Positions 17,345-25,515 of a DNA stretch of 64,000 nucleotides are shown here, piece by piece; within the stretch, counting starts at the first letter, position 1; the number at the start of each line of letters is the position of its first letter. The position numbers and the translations under genes were made by a program. This stretch comes from an uncultured Dehalococcoidia bacterium (GTDB lineage Bacteria; Chloroflexota; Dehalococcoidia; Lucifugimonadales; UBA3495), in contig CATMOE010000010.1 in assembly GCA_950072105.1 (NCBI GenBank), forward strand, positions 4,438 to 68,437, read 5' to 3'. The notes below the pieces were generated by a model that saw nothing but the letters and a program-made list of their open reading frames with translations, did not search any database and had not been told where the DNA came from.

Positions 17345-17836
17345 CTAGAAAGGATGGCGGGAAGACCGGCCGGGCCGGGACCCTCTCCTCCGCTGCCGCC
17401 GGACCTGTCTCGGCGCCCGGATCCGGGGAGGCTTCTTGCCCTCGGCAAGGCCTGCCGCGTCTCTACTCCCGCCTGAGCCAAAGTTCCCCCGCTCACGAGA
17501 CCAAAGAAATTGGGTGTATGCCGCCAACAACAATCCCGGCGCGACGATGATCGCGGTGAGCCAGGGGTTGACAACAAGATCAGGCGAGAAGACCTGAAAT
17601 ATGACCAAGAACCCCCCGGACATAAGCATTGCCCAGGCCACGGTGCCAGTTATGAAATTTCGGTGCCAGGGAGACCGCAGTATCAAGATGGACCATGTCG
17701 GCCAAAGAAGCGGGACCGCCAATCCAATGCTGAATTGAATCACCGGCCATCCGAGGATGAAAGTGAGCGCCAGGAACCAGGGGTTGTAGTACCAGGGGCG
17801 TTTTTGTTCCAGAGATACGGTCTGCTCTTGGGCCAT
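17345..17836 (-). CDS. hypothetical membrane protein with Arg-rich tail
   Basis: 163 aa. About 4 hydrophobic helices, basic C-terminus. No recognised family. Confidence 0.5.
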   Translation of the reverse strand: MAQEQTVSLEQKRPWYYNPWFLALTFILGWPVIQFSIGLAVPLLWPTWSILILRSPWHRNFITGTVAWAMLMSGGFLVIFQVFSPDLVVNPWLTAIIVAPGLLLAAYTQFLWSRERGNFGSGGSRDAAGLAEGKKPPRIRAPRQVRRQRRRGSRPGRSSRHPF

Positions 17837-17901
17837 TGTGTCCGTCCGGGACGAGCGATGGAATTATTGACTGATATTCCGCAGATCAATCGCGCGCTTG
17901 G

Positions 17902-18267
17902 TCAGTTTCGGGCCAGCAATAGGTGGAATTCTAACATCTCTATGGGGCGCTGTTTTCTGATGGACTCCACCGCGTATTCCACGCACATTCGGGCGAACCC
18001 GGAGAACTCAAAAATGTTAGCGCCCAATACGACCAAGGGCACTTCCCGCTCAAACTCCACCCGAAGCTGGCTACCGTCCTCGTGATCGATCTCCAGATCG
18101 ATCCGGCCTTCGGTTAGCTTTTCAATCTTCTCTTGAATGCGCTGGACGAACACTTCGTCTTCCATACCGGTAAACTCCGAGTCACAACCGTCTTCCCGCC
18201 CCGTGGATCTAAGTTGGAGACTGTCATGGGATACTAAGCCAATCTCAATCCGAACCGGCCGTCCCAT
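17902..18267 (-). CDS. hypothetical acidic protein
   Basis: 121-aa ORF. No recognised motif. Confidence 0.4.
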   Translation of the reverse strand: MGRPVRIEIGLVSHDSLQLRSTGREDGCDSEFTGMEDEVFVQRIQEKIEKLTEGRIDLEIDHEDGSQLRVEFEREVPLVVLGANIFEFSGFARMCVEYAVESIRKQRPIEMLEFHLLLARN

Positions 18268-18389
18268 GCCTGAACAAGCTTACCAAGCGAGGCTAGATAA
18301 GTCTAACACATTGCGCCGCCCAACTCGATATCGTACGACCTAATGAGGCCCTATCAGCGTAAATATTAGTATGGTTTAAGTATCATGTC

Positions 18390-18418
18390 TTGACACCCTT
18401 TTGAGGCTTAACGATAAT
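18390..18418 (+). promoter_or_regulatory. sigma70-type promoter in front of the sulfur gene cluster
   Basis: TTGACA (18390-18395), 17-nt spacer, GATAAT (18413-18418), 48 nt before the ATG at 18466. Confidence 0.45.
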
Positions 18419-18465
18419 TGACGAAACGTTCAGGCTGAGAAAGAAGGCCGCACAGGAGGACAATA

Positions 18466-19050
18466 ATGACCACGGTAAAGTACTCGCTGGACCAGTTCGT
18501 CAGCGACATGGAAGGATTGATCTCCGGTAAGCCGGACCAGCAGAAACTATTCGACACAGGATCATCTTGGTTGGAGAAGCTCATCCAGGACCCCAACGCC
18601 CTTCCGGAGCAATACCGGTCGCCCGTGGGCAAGGGCTCAAGGCCCAACCACGGCTCCTACGCCCTGTATCAGGGGGACAGCGGGCTGTTGGTGACCGCCG
18701 TGGTTTGGGGCCCAGGCGACCACGCGTCTCCCCACGATCACGGCACCTGGGGAATGATCGGCGTAATGGACAATGCCCTCACTGAGACCCGTTTTCGCCG
18801 GGTGGACGACCGCACCAAGGAAGGATTTGCGACGCTGGAGAAAGACCGCACATCCCAGTTCAAACCCGGGGAAATAACTCTCCTGATCCCGGAAGTGGAC
18901 GAGATTCACCAGATGGACAACTTCACCGACCGCCCCACCGTGGAGATTCACGTCTATGGCGACGATCTTAGAGGGCTGAACCGGAGCCGGTACAACTTGG
19001 AGACGGGCAAGATCACCCCCTTCGCCACCGAGAAATACGACAACTGCTAG
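18466..19050 (+). CDS. cysteine dioxygenase type I family cupin (thiol dioxygenase)
   Basis: 194 aa. ..ASPHDHGTWGMIGVMDN..E..F.. metal-binding cupin pattern typical of bacterial CDO / 3-mercaptopropionate dioxygenase homologues. AGGAGG RBS. Confidence 0.7.
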   Translation: MTTVKYSLDQFVSDMEGLISGKPDQQKLFDTGSSWLEKLIQDPNALPEQYRSPVGKGSRPNHGSYALYQGDSGLLVTAVVWGPGDHASPHDHGTWGMIGVMDNALTETRFRRVDDRTKEGFATLEKDRTSQFKPGEITLLIPEVDEIHQMDNFTDRPTVEIHVYGDDLRGLNRSRYNLETGKITPFATEKYDNC

Positions 19051-19252
19051 TGGATTCCTGTTTGAGTAAATAATCGAGGGGGGACGCCGGAAACCGGCCT
19101 TCTGTTCACGTCAGCGCATGGGGACAATGCCGCAATCACAACCGCATGAAAAACGATAGATACACCAACGAGACAAGAATCGGCAACTGGCTGGAGTTGA
19201 CATTTTCAGCCGGCGCCATTGTTTCCCAAGTTTCCCAAATCGCAGACCGCCC

Positions 19253-20596
19253 ATGGTGAAGCTGGACGAAACCCCGGCAGCGGGCCGCTTAAGTTCCCTC
19301 CATCATTACGGCTGGGCGATCGTGGGCATGGCCACCGTCCTCCAACTGACCACCAACTTCATCAGCCAGGCTTTCTCCATCCTCATTGTTATCATGCAAG
19401 ATGAGTTTGGCTGGACTCTGACCTCAATCATCTTTGCCTACTTCTTCCGAAGCATCGTCAGCGCGTTGTTGTCGCCGGTGGCTGGCTGGATGGCGGATCG
19501 ATACGGCTCACGTCGGACCCTGGTTATAGCAGGCATATGCTATACCAGCGGTCTGCTCTTACTTAGCACCATCAGCACCCAGTGGCAACTATACCTCTAC
19601 TACAGCTTGATTCTGGGCGTCGCTCAATCCCTGTTCCGGGTCAACATCCCCACCACCGTCGCCGCCTGGTTCAAGAAACGTCTTGGGGTGGCGGTTGGTA
19701 TCCAGCAGTCGGCAGGGGGGATGGGCAGCTCCATCATGGCCCCAGCGCTGGCCCTGCTTCTGTCAAGAACCGATTGGGAGACCGCATTCTGGATCATCCC
19801 GGCGATCGGGGGAACTATCGTCTTTTCCCTGGTGGCCTTTTTCCACGGCGACCCCGCCGACCGGGGAAAGAGACCCTACGGCGCGACTGACAACGACCCA
19901 CCGCCAGTTGATACTAGCAATCCAGCCATAACCAAGCTACGGAGCAAAGCATTCCTCAAGCAGGCCAAGCAAACTCGGGCATTCTGGAACCTCATTGGCA
20001 TCCATTACCTGGGTTGCATGGGGCATTCCATCGTCATGGTGGGCGTCGTATTCTTCGCTACCCGGCCAGAGCAGGGCGTCTCTCTGCAGGCCGCCGCCTT
20101 CATCATCTCGATCTACACCCTGACCGCCAGCGGGAGCCGGTTCGCCGTCCCAGTGCTGGCAGACATGTTCGGGGCCAAATGGGTCATGGCCGTTGCTTAT
20201 ACTATCCAGGGGATCTCGGTGGCGTTGCTCTTCTGGACCCATGACGCCTGGCAGTTCTACCTGTTCGCCACCGTGTTCGGTGTAGGATTGGGCGGCGAGA
20301 TGTCGGCGTTCTTGGTGATAGACCGCCAGTATTTTGGGATGGGCCCCGTCCGCACGATCTTCGGCTTCCAAAACCTGGGGTCCGGAATCGGGATGGCCGT
20401 TGGCGGACTTCTGGGCGGCGTAATATTCGACATTTACGGCTCTTATGACATAGCTTGGGTCATTTCTATCGCTACTAGCTTGGGAGGCGCTGCCTTCATA
20501 TTGCTCTTGGAGCCCACCTCCCGCGTGCTGATTCCCGATTGGGAAGACGCCTTGCCGCCGGAGGCCCGGACACCGTCCCCGGTAGCATCAGGGTGA
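19253..20596 (+). CDS. MFS transporter (paralogue 1)
   Basis: 447 aa, about 12 hydrophobic helices, ..GWMADRYGSRR.. MFS loop motif. Confidence 0.85.
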   Translation: MVKLDETPAAGRLSSLHHYGWAIVGMATVLQLTTNFISQAFSILIVIMQDEFGWTLTSIIFAYFFRSIVSALLSPVAGWMADRYGSRRTLVIAGICYTSGLLLLSTISTQWQLYLYYSLILGVAQSLFRVNIPTTVAAWFKKRLGVAVGIQQSAGGMGSSIMAPALALLLSRTDWETAFWIIPAIGGTIVFSLVAFFHGDPADRGKRPYGATDNDPPPVDTSNPAITKLRSKAFLKQAKQTRAFWNLIGIHYLGCMGHSIVMVGVVFFATRPEQGVSLQAAAFIISIYTLTASGSRFAVPVLADMFGAKWVMAVAYTIQGISVALLFWTHDAWQFYLFATVFGVGLGGEMSAFLVIDRQYFGMGPVRTIFGFQNLGSGIGMAVGGLLGGVIFDIYGSYDIAWVISIATSLGGAAFILLLEPTSRVLIPDWEDALPPEARTPSPVASG

Positions 20597-20601
20597 CGGC
20601 C

Positions 20602-20638
20602 CTCACCCCGGCCCCTCTCCTAGCGGGAGAGGGGTGAC
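20602..20638. repeat. GC-rich palindromic hairpin (REP/terminator-like)
   Basis: cccctctcc (20612-20620), tagcg loop, ggagagggg (20626-20634), extended by tcac/gtga. Lies between the MFS and rhodanese genes. Confidence 0.45.
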
Positions 20639-20695
20639 TCAGATATATTCAGGCGTAAAATCCGAATAACCACTCTCGACGGAGGTGCATCAACC

Positions 20696-22273
20696 ATGGC
20701 TAAGAAGATCGCGGCAGAGGACCTGAGCTCGTTGCTAGAGGGTAACAGCCAGTTTGCGTTGATCGACGTGCGGGAGGCGGGTGAGTATAACAGCACCCAC
20801 ATCATCGACTCCAGCCTGATTCCTCGCAGGCAATTGGAATCCCAGATGTCCGCCGCAGTGCCGGTAAAGGGTTGCCAGGTAGTTATATGCGACGACGACG
20901 GCCGGCGGGCAGGTCTGGCCGCCGAAACTCTGGAGCGCATGGGCTACAGCGATGTTTCGGTATTGGACGGGGGCATCAACCAGTGGTCCACCCTGGACTT
21001 CCCCACCGAGTGGGGGAGCAACGTAATCAGCAAGGTGTTCGGCGAGAAGATGGAAGTAGTCCACCACGTACCCGAGATCGACGCCACCGAGCTGCACGAG
21101 CGGATAGAGCGCGGGGACAAGCTGGTTATCCTGGACACCCGCACCCCGGAAGAGTACCAACGGTTCTGTATCCCCGGCGGCCGGAGCGTTCCCGGCGGTG
21201 AGTTGGCCCTGCGGGTCACCGACATCACCAAAGACCTGGACAAAGACACCACGGTCATCGTCAACTGCGCCGGACGCACCCGCAGCATCATCGGGACCAG
21301 GGTGCTACAACGGATGGGATTGACCAACATCTTTGGATTGAAAAACGGCACCTCGGGCTGGGTGTTGGCCGGCTACGAGCTAGAAACCGGAGCCGACCGG
21401 CTTGACCTGCCCGAGCCCTCTCCCGAAGGCTTAGCCGCCGCCGAAGCCTACGCCGATACGCTTGCCGCCGAAGACGGCGTCCGCTACATGGATATTCCCA
21501 GACTTCAGGCCATGTTGGCTAATAGAGAGAAAGAACCCGCGTTTTTCGTCGACGTGCGCAGAGCCGAAGAGTACGAAGCCGGCCATATCCCCGGCTTCCG
21601 CTGGTTCCCCGGTGGCCAGGTAGTCCAACGGTCCGACGACGTGCTGGTGGTCAAGAATTGCCCGGTGGTCTTCGCTTGCGACCAGAAGGCCCGTTCCACT
21701 TTCATTGCCTCCTGGTACCGCCAATTTGGCTTTGACGAAGTTTACGCCGTGGAAGGCGGTACCTCAGCGTGGGCCGCCGCGGGGTTGGACCTGGAAAAGG
21801 GTGTGCCCGAAGAGGCCCCGTACGGCCTGGCCCAAGCCAAAGAGCGGGTCAGGCCCCTATCTCCTCAGGACCTCCAAGTTGCCTCACCCCAGGTCACATT
21901 ATTTGTGGATACCAGCCAGGACTTCGCCAGAGGCCACGTTCCCGGAGCCCGATGGGCGCCACGGGGTTGGCTGGAGTTTCACATCGCAGGCCTGGCGCCG
22001 GATAAGAAGGCAAGCATCGCGGTCACCGGTAACGACGGGGCCAACGCCGCCTTGGCCGGAGCCACCCTGATGGACCTGGGATATGAGAATGTCTCGGTCC
22101 TGGAAGGCGGAATGGCCGCGTGGAACAGGGCTGGATTGGCTGTGGAATCCGGATTGTCCGGCGTGATGTCCCCGCCTACCGACATGGTGCCCTCCGGACC
22201 GGACCGGAACTACGCCGACATGATGACCTATCTCCGCTGGGAAACCGCCTTGGGAGAGAAATTCGCCGGTTAG
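20696..22273 (+). CDS. four-domain rhodanese-like sulfurtransferase
   Basis: 525 aa. Three CX4R active-site loops (CDDDGRR, CAGRTRS, CDQKARS). The fourth domain lacks the Cys (VTGNDGANA). Confidence 0.85.
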   Translation: MAKKIAAEDLSSLLEGNSQFALIDVREAGEYNSTHIIDSSLIPRRQLESQMSAAVPVKGCQVVICDDDGRRAGLAAETLERMGYSDVSVLDGGINQWSTLDFPTEWGSNVISKVFGEKMEVVHHVPEIDATELHERIERGDKLVILDTRTPEEYQRFCIPGGRSVPGGELALRVTDITKDLDKDTTVIVNCAGRTRSIIGTRVLQRMGLTNIFGLKNGTSGWVLAGYELETGADRLDLPEPSPEGLAAAEAYADTLAAEDGVRYMDIPRLQAMLANREKEPAFFVDVRRAEEYEAGHIPGFRWFPGGQVVQRSDDVLVVKNCPVVFACDQKARSTFIASWYRQFGFDEVYAVEGGTSAWAAAGLDLEKGVPEEAPYGLAQAKERVRPLSPQDLQVASPQVTLFVDTSQDFARGHVPGARWAPRGWLEFHIAGLAPDKKASIAVTGNDGANAALAGATLMDLGYENVSVLEGGMAAWNRAGLAVESGLSGVMSPPTDMVPSGPDRNYADMMTYLRWETALGEKFAG

Positions 22274-22297
22274 GCTCAGTCAAAGTCTAGCAGGCTG

Positions 22298-22372
22298 GTC
22301 CTTCGACAGGCTCAGGACGAACGGAAAGCGATCCAACCAGCCCCACCGTTCGTGGTGAGCTTGTCGAACCAC
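22298..22372. repeat. palindromic repeat family A, copy 1
   Basis: ccttcgacaggctcaggacgaacgg...ccgttcgtggtgagcttgtcgaaccac. The arms are mutually complementary. Near-identical copies lie at 53454-53524 and 61544-61611. Confidence 0.8.
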
Positions 22373-22433
22373 CTTTTGGGTTCACTTCTCAAGATGTACG
22401 GCCAATCCCAATCAACACCGCAAGGAAAACAAG

Positions 22434-23594
22434 ATGACCTATTTCCCATTGACCAAAGGGCAGGAAGAGTGGCGAGACCGGGCGGCGGATATTGCCGCCA
22501 AGGAGCTGGCTCCCCGGGCAGAAGAAACCGACCGGTTGGGACGCTATCCCCAAGAATCACTCGATGCCTTGAAGCGGGAAGGCCTTTTCGGCCTCCGCGT
22601 CTCCAAAGAGCACGGCGGAGTGGGCGCCGACATGGTCACCACTTCCTTGGTTATCGAGGAACTGGCCAAAAAATGCCCCTCGACATGCATGTGCTACAAG
22701 ATGCACCTAGAGGCGGCGGAGATCATCTGCCAGATTCCCACCGACTACCAGATAGAAAAGTTCGTCAAGCCCATGGCCAAAGGAGAGGTGTTCACCAGCA
22801 TCGCCGGCAGCGAGACCTGGGGCGAGGGTGACAACTGGACCGCTGCCCAGACCGCCTCCGCCGTCACCAAGGTGCCCGGCGGATACCAACTGGACGGCAT
22901 CCGAAAGTCCTACGTCACCTCGGCGGGACACGCCACCCACTTCCAATTTCACTGCCGGGTCGGCGAAGACTCTCCGCAAAGCGCCGCCAGCCGTCTGATC
23001 GTCGCGGCGGACGAGATCGATTGGGAGATCCTGGAGCCGTGGAACGGTTTAGGCATGCGAGGCAATTCCAGCTCTCCGGTCAAGTTCAGCGGTTTCGTCC
23101 CGGAAGAGAATCGCCTTGGCGAGGAGCACACCGTTGCCGCAGCGACAACCCACTTTGCCCGCCCGGTGGTCGCCCTCACTTACGCCGCCGCCTACCTAGG
23201 TATCGCCTCTGGCGCCTACGAGTTGGCGATGGAGGAGATGGTCCGCCGCCACCCCAGCGGTGCCAGGCGGCTGGACAGCGCCATCAACCAGCGGCGCATG
23301 GCCGAGATGGGAACCCAGATCGAAGCGGCGCGAGCCCTGCTTTTGTCGGCTTCGTCGTCCTTCGACCAAGACCGGGCGTCCTCCCATCTACTTTACATGC
23401 AGGCCAAGGTCGCCTGCTCCGAAGCAGGAGTAAGGGTGACCCAGGACTTGATGACGTCGTTCGGAGGCGCGGCTTTTGCCGGACGGATGCCCTTCGAGCG
23501 GTATTTCCGGGACGCCCGGGCCGGCATGGTCATGGGCATGGCCAACGACCTGGCCTACCAAAACATGATTCCCCTCATGTTTCCGGAGAATTAA
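22434..23594 (+). CDS. acyl-CoA dehydrogenase-fold flavoprotein (non-canonical; no Glu in the YEGT position)
   Basis: 386 aa. ACAD N-, middle- and C-domain pattern. The C-terminal region ..FERYFRDARAGMVMGMANDL.. aligns to ..RDAKIYQIYEGTSQI.. of classical ACADs, with Gly in place of the catalytic Glu. Confidence 0.8.
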   Translation: MTYFPLTKGQEEWRDRAADIAAKELAPRAEETDRLGRYPQESLDALKREGLFGLRVSKEHGGVGADMVTTSLVIEELAKKCPSTCMCYKMHLEAAEIICQIPTDYQIEKFVKPMAKGEVFTSIAGSETWGEGDNWTAAQTASAVTKVPGGYQLDGIRKSYVTSAGHATHFQFHCRVGEDSPQSAASRLIVAADEIDWEILEPWNGLGMRGNSSSPVKFSGFVPEENRLGEEHTVAAATTHFARPVVALTYAAAYLGIASGAYELAMEEMVRRHPSGARRLDSAINQRRMAEMGTQIEAARALLLSASSSFDQDRASSHLLYMQAKVACSEAGVRVTQDLMTSFGGAAFAGRMPFERYFRDARAGMVMGMANDLAYQNMIPLMFPEN

Positions 23595-23670
23595 GCCCGG
23601 CCTTCACGTATAAGAAAACCGTAGTACAATGAGGCAAGAATAGTCGTGACAATCCATCCTAGGAAGCACC

Positions 23671-24021
23671 ATGCCACTTATTGAGCACAGCGAGATACCG
23701 ATGCCAGCGGCGGTGGACAACCGCCGGGAGCGGGAGATTGTCTCCCACAAACAAGGCGCGGTTTCGCTTACCATCAAAGAGATCGAGCTATACCCCGGCT
23801 GGGAAGGACGCCTGCACACGCACCCGACGGACATCGCCATCATGGTAATGGCCGGTGCCGTGCAACTTGTTCTCGGAGACGAAGTCTCCACCATTCGAGC
23901 GGGCACGACCGTGCTGGCCCCGCCCGGCGTGCCTCACAAGCTGGTTAACCAACTATGGATCCCGGTTCGGTTGCTGGTGACCTATCCAGCCGCCGACCTG
24001 GACACTAACTATCTCGAGTAA
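23671..24021 (+). CDS. cupin domain-containing protein
   Basis: 116 aa. ..GRLHTHPTD..(x)..GVPHKL.. cupin_2 His pattern. Confidence 0.7.
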   Translation: MPLIEHSEIPMPAAVDNRREREIVSHKQGAVSLTIKEIELYPGWEGRLHTHPTDIAIMVMAGAVQLVLGDEVSTIRAGTTVLAPPGVPHKLVNQLWIPVRLLVTYPAADLDTNYLE

Positions 24022-24043
24022 AACTAAGCCCAGGAGTCTAAAC

Positions 24044-25150
24044 ATGGCCACCCAAATCACCCAGACCGCGTTAAAGCCTCAAATCATTCCCACCAACGCC
24101 GGATTGCGCACCTTCGCCGCGCCCCCAACGGCGTTACAAGAAGATATCGTGCCCAATGATTTGTTCTACATCCGCAATCATTGGAAGGACTGCCCGGAGA
24201 TCGACCAGGCCACCTACCGGCTGGCGGTTGACGGCCAAGTAAGCACCCCCTTAAGTTTGAGCTATGAAGACTTGAAACAACTGCCTCAGAAAAGGTTCCA
24301 AGTCACCTTCGAGTGCTGCGGAAACAGCCCCGTGCCCGACTACTGGTCCAAGGCCCTGCGCATCAGCACGGTGATGGAAGGTATCAAGGGACACGGAATC
24401 ATGGGCAACGCCGAGTGGGCTGGGGTTTCTTTACGGGACGTGCTGGAGAAAGCCGGGGTGAAGGATTCCGCGGTAGAGGTCATGTTCGAGGGCGCCGACC
24501 ACGGTCCAGACGAAACCGTGGGGGATCCGCCGGAAGTTACCTACGAGCGCAGCCTGCCCATCGCCAAAGCGATGCACCCCGATACCCTCCTGGCTTACGA
24601 GATGAACGGTGAGCCGTTGCCCCTGAACCACGGCTTCCCTCTGCGTCTGCTGGTTTCGGGCTGGTACGGCATGAACTCGGTCAAGTGGCTGGTGGGCATC
24701 CACGTGCTGGACCACGAGTTCAAAGGCTTCTACATGACCGATAGGTACATCACCACCAATGAACCGGGTTCGGCGGCGCCATATACCTTCTACACCAAGA
24801 TGAAGGTCAAGTCCATCATCACCAACCCCGCCCCTGGTGAGATTGTCCCCGCAACTGGATACACCCTAGCCGGGGCGGCATGGTCCGGTGAAGACCAGAT
24901 CACCAAAGTCGAGATCAGCACCGATGCCGGCGCAACTTGGAACCTGGTAGACACAGTCCGGCCTCGCAGCGACTATTCATGGAACCGGTGGGAGCACCAG
25001 TGGACCCCACCAGGTCCCGGTAAATATACCCTGATGTGCCGGGCCACTAACGACCAAGGCGACACCCAGCCCATGGAATTCCCCAACAAGTGGGACGGCC
25101 GGGGTTACGGCAACAACATGGTGTTCCCCCACGAGGTTGAGGTTCGCTAG
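24044..25150 (+). CDS. sulfite oxidase-fold molybdopterin oxidoreductase
   Basis: 368 aa. ..FYIRNH.., ..FECCGNS.. (Mo-ligand Cys region), ..GFPLRLLVSGWYGMNSVKWL.., plus a C-terminal dimerisation domain. No twin-arginine signal and no haem motif. Confidence 0.85.
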   Translation: MATQITQTALKPQIIPTNAGLRTFAAPPTALQEDIVPNDLFYIRNHWKDCPEIDQATYRLAVDGQVSTPLSLSYEDLKQLPQKRFQVTFECCGNSPVPDYWSKALRISTVMEGIKGHGIMGNAEWAGVSLRDVLEKAGVKDSAVEVMFEGADHGPDETVGDPPEVTYERSLPIAKAMHPDTLLAYEMNGEPLPLNHGFPLRLLVSGWYGMNSVKWLVGIHVLDHEFKGFYMTDRYITTNEPGSAAPYTFYTKMKVKSIITNPAPGEIVPATGYTLAGAAWSGEDQITKVEISTDAGATWNLVDTVRPRSDYSWNRWEHQWTPPGPGKYTLMCRATNDQGDTQPMEFPNKWDGRGYGNNMVFPHEVEVR

Positions 25151-25151
25151 C

Positions 25152-25430
25152 ATGAAGGCTGTTCCCCTTCCCGTTTCGTTTATTCTGGTGCTTTGCCTGA
25201 CCATCGCCCTGATGATTTTCTTCGGGGCATGGGCGGTTTCGGCCGACGTAGGCGAACGGGATAGGGTATTTGCCTTCGCCGTACCCGGCGGTACAGCTGC
25301 CCTGACCTCACATGCCAACGCCACCGGACCACTGGCACTGGGAGAAAGTAGCGCCATTGAAGACGGTCGCACCGCCGCCTCGGAGACATGGTGGGGCAGC
25401 GGCCTGCTCAGAGCGTGCCCGCTGCACTAG
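25152..25430 (+). CDS. small signal-peptide/membrane-anchored hypothetical protein
   Basis: The ATG lies 1 nt after the upstream stop. MKAVPLPVSFILVLCLTIALMIFFGAWAVSA then a soluble tail. No CxxCH. Confidence 0.35.
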   Translation: MKAVPLPVSFILVLCLTIALMIFFGAWAVSADVGERDRVFAFAVPGGTAALTSHANATGPLALGESSAIEDGRTAASETWWGSGLLRACPLH

Positions 25431-25515
25431 GCGCCGAGGCCAACTCCTCCCGATGCTCACTCTCCATGAAGAGATATTTCATTAGACCATCCCCGTGGCT
25501 GAGTATTATTGATTC

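Noticed and set aside
25152-25430. Small ORF after the SO-fold gene as a SorB-type cytochrome c subunit.
   Set aside because: It has no CxxCH haem-binding motif. It is kept only as a hypothetical exported protein.
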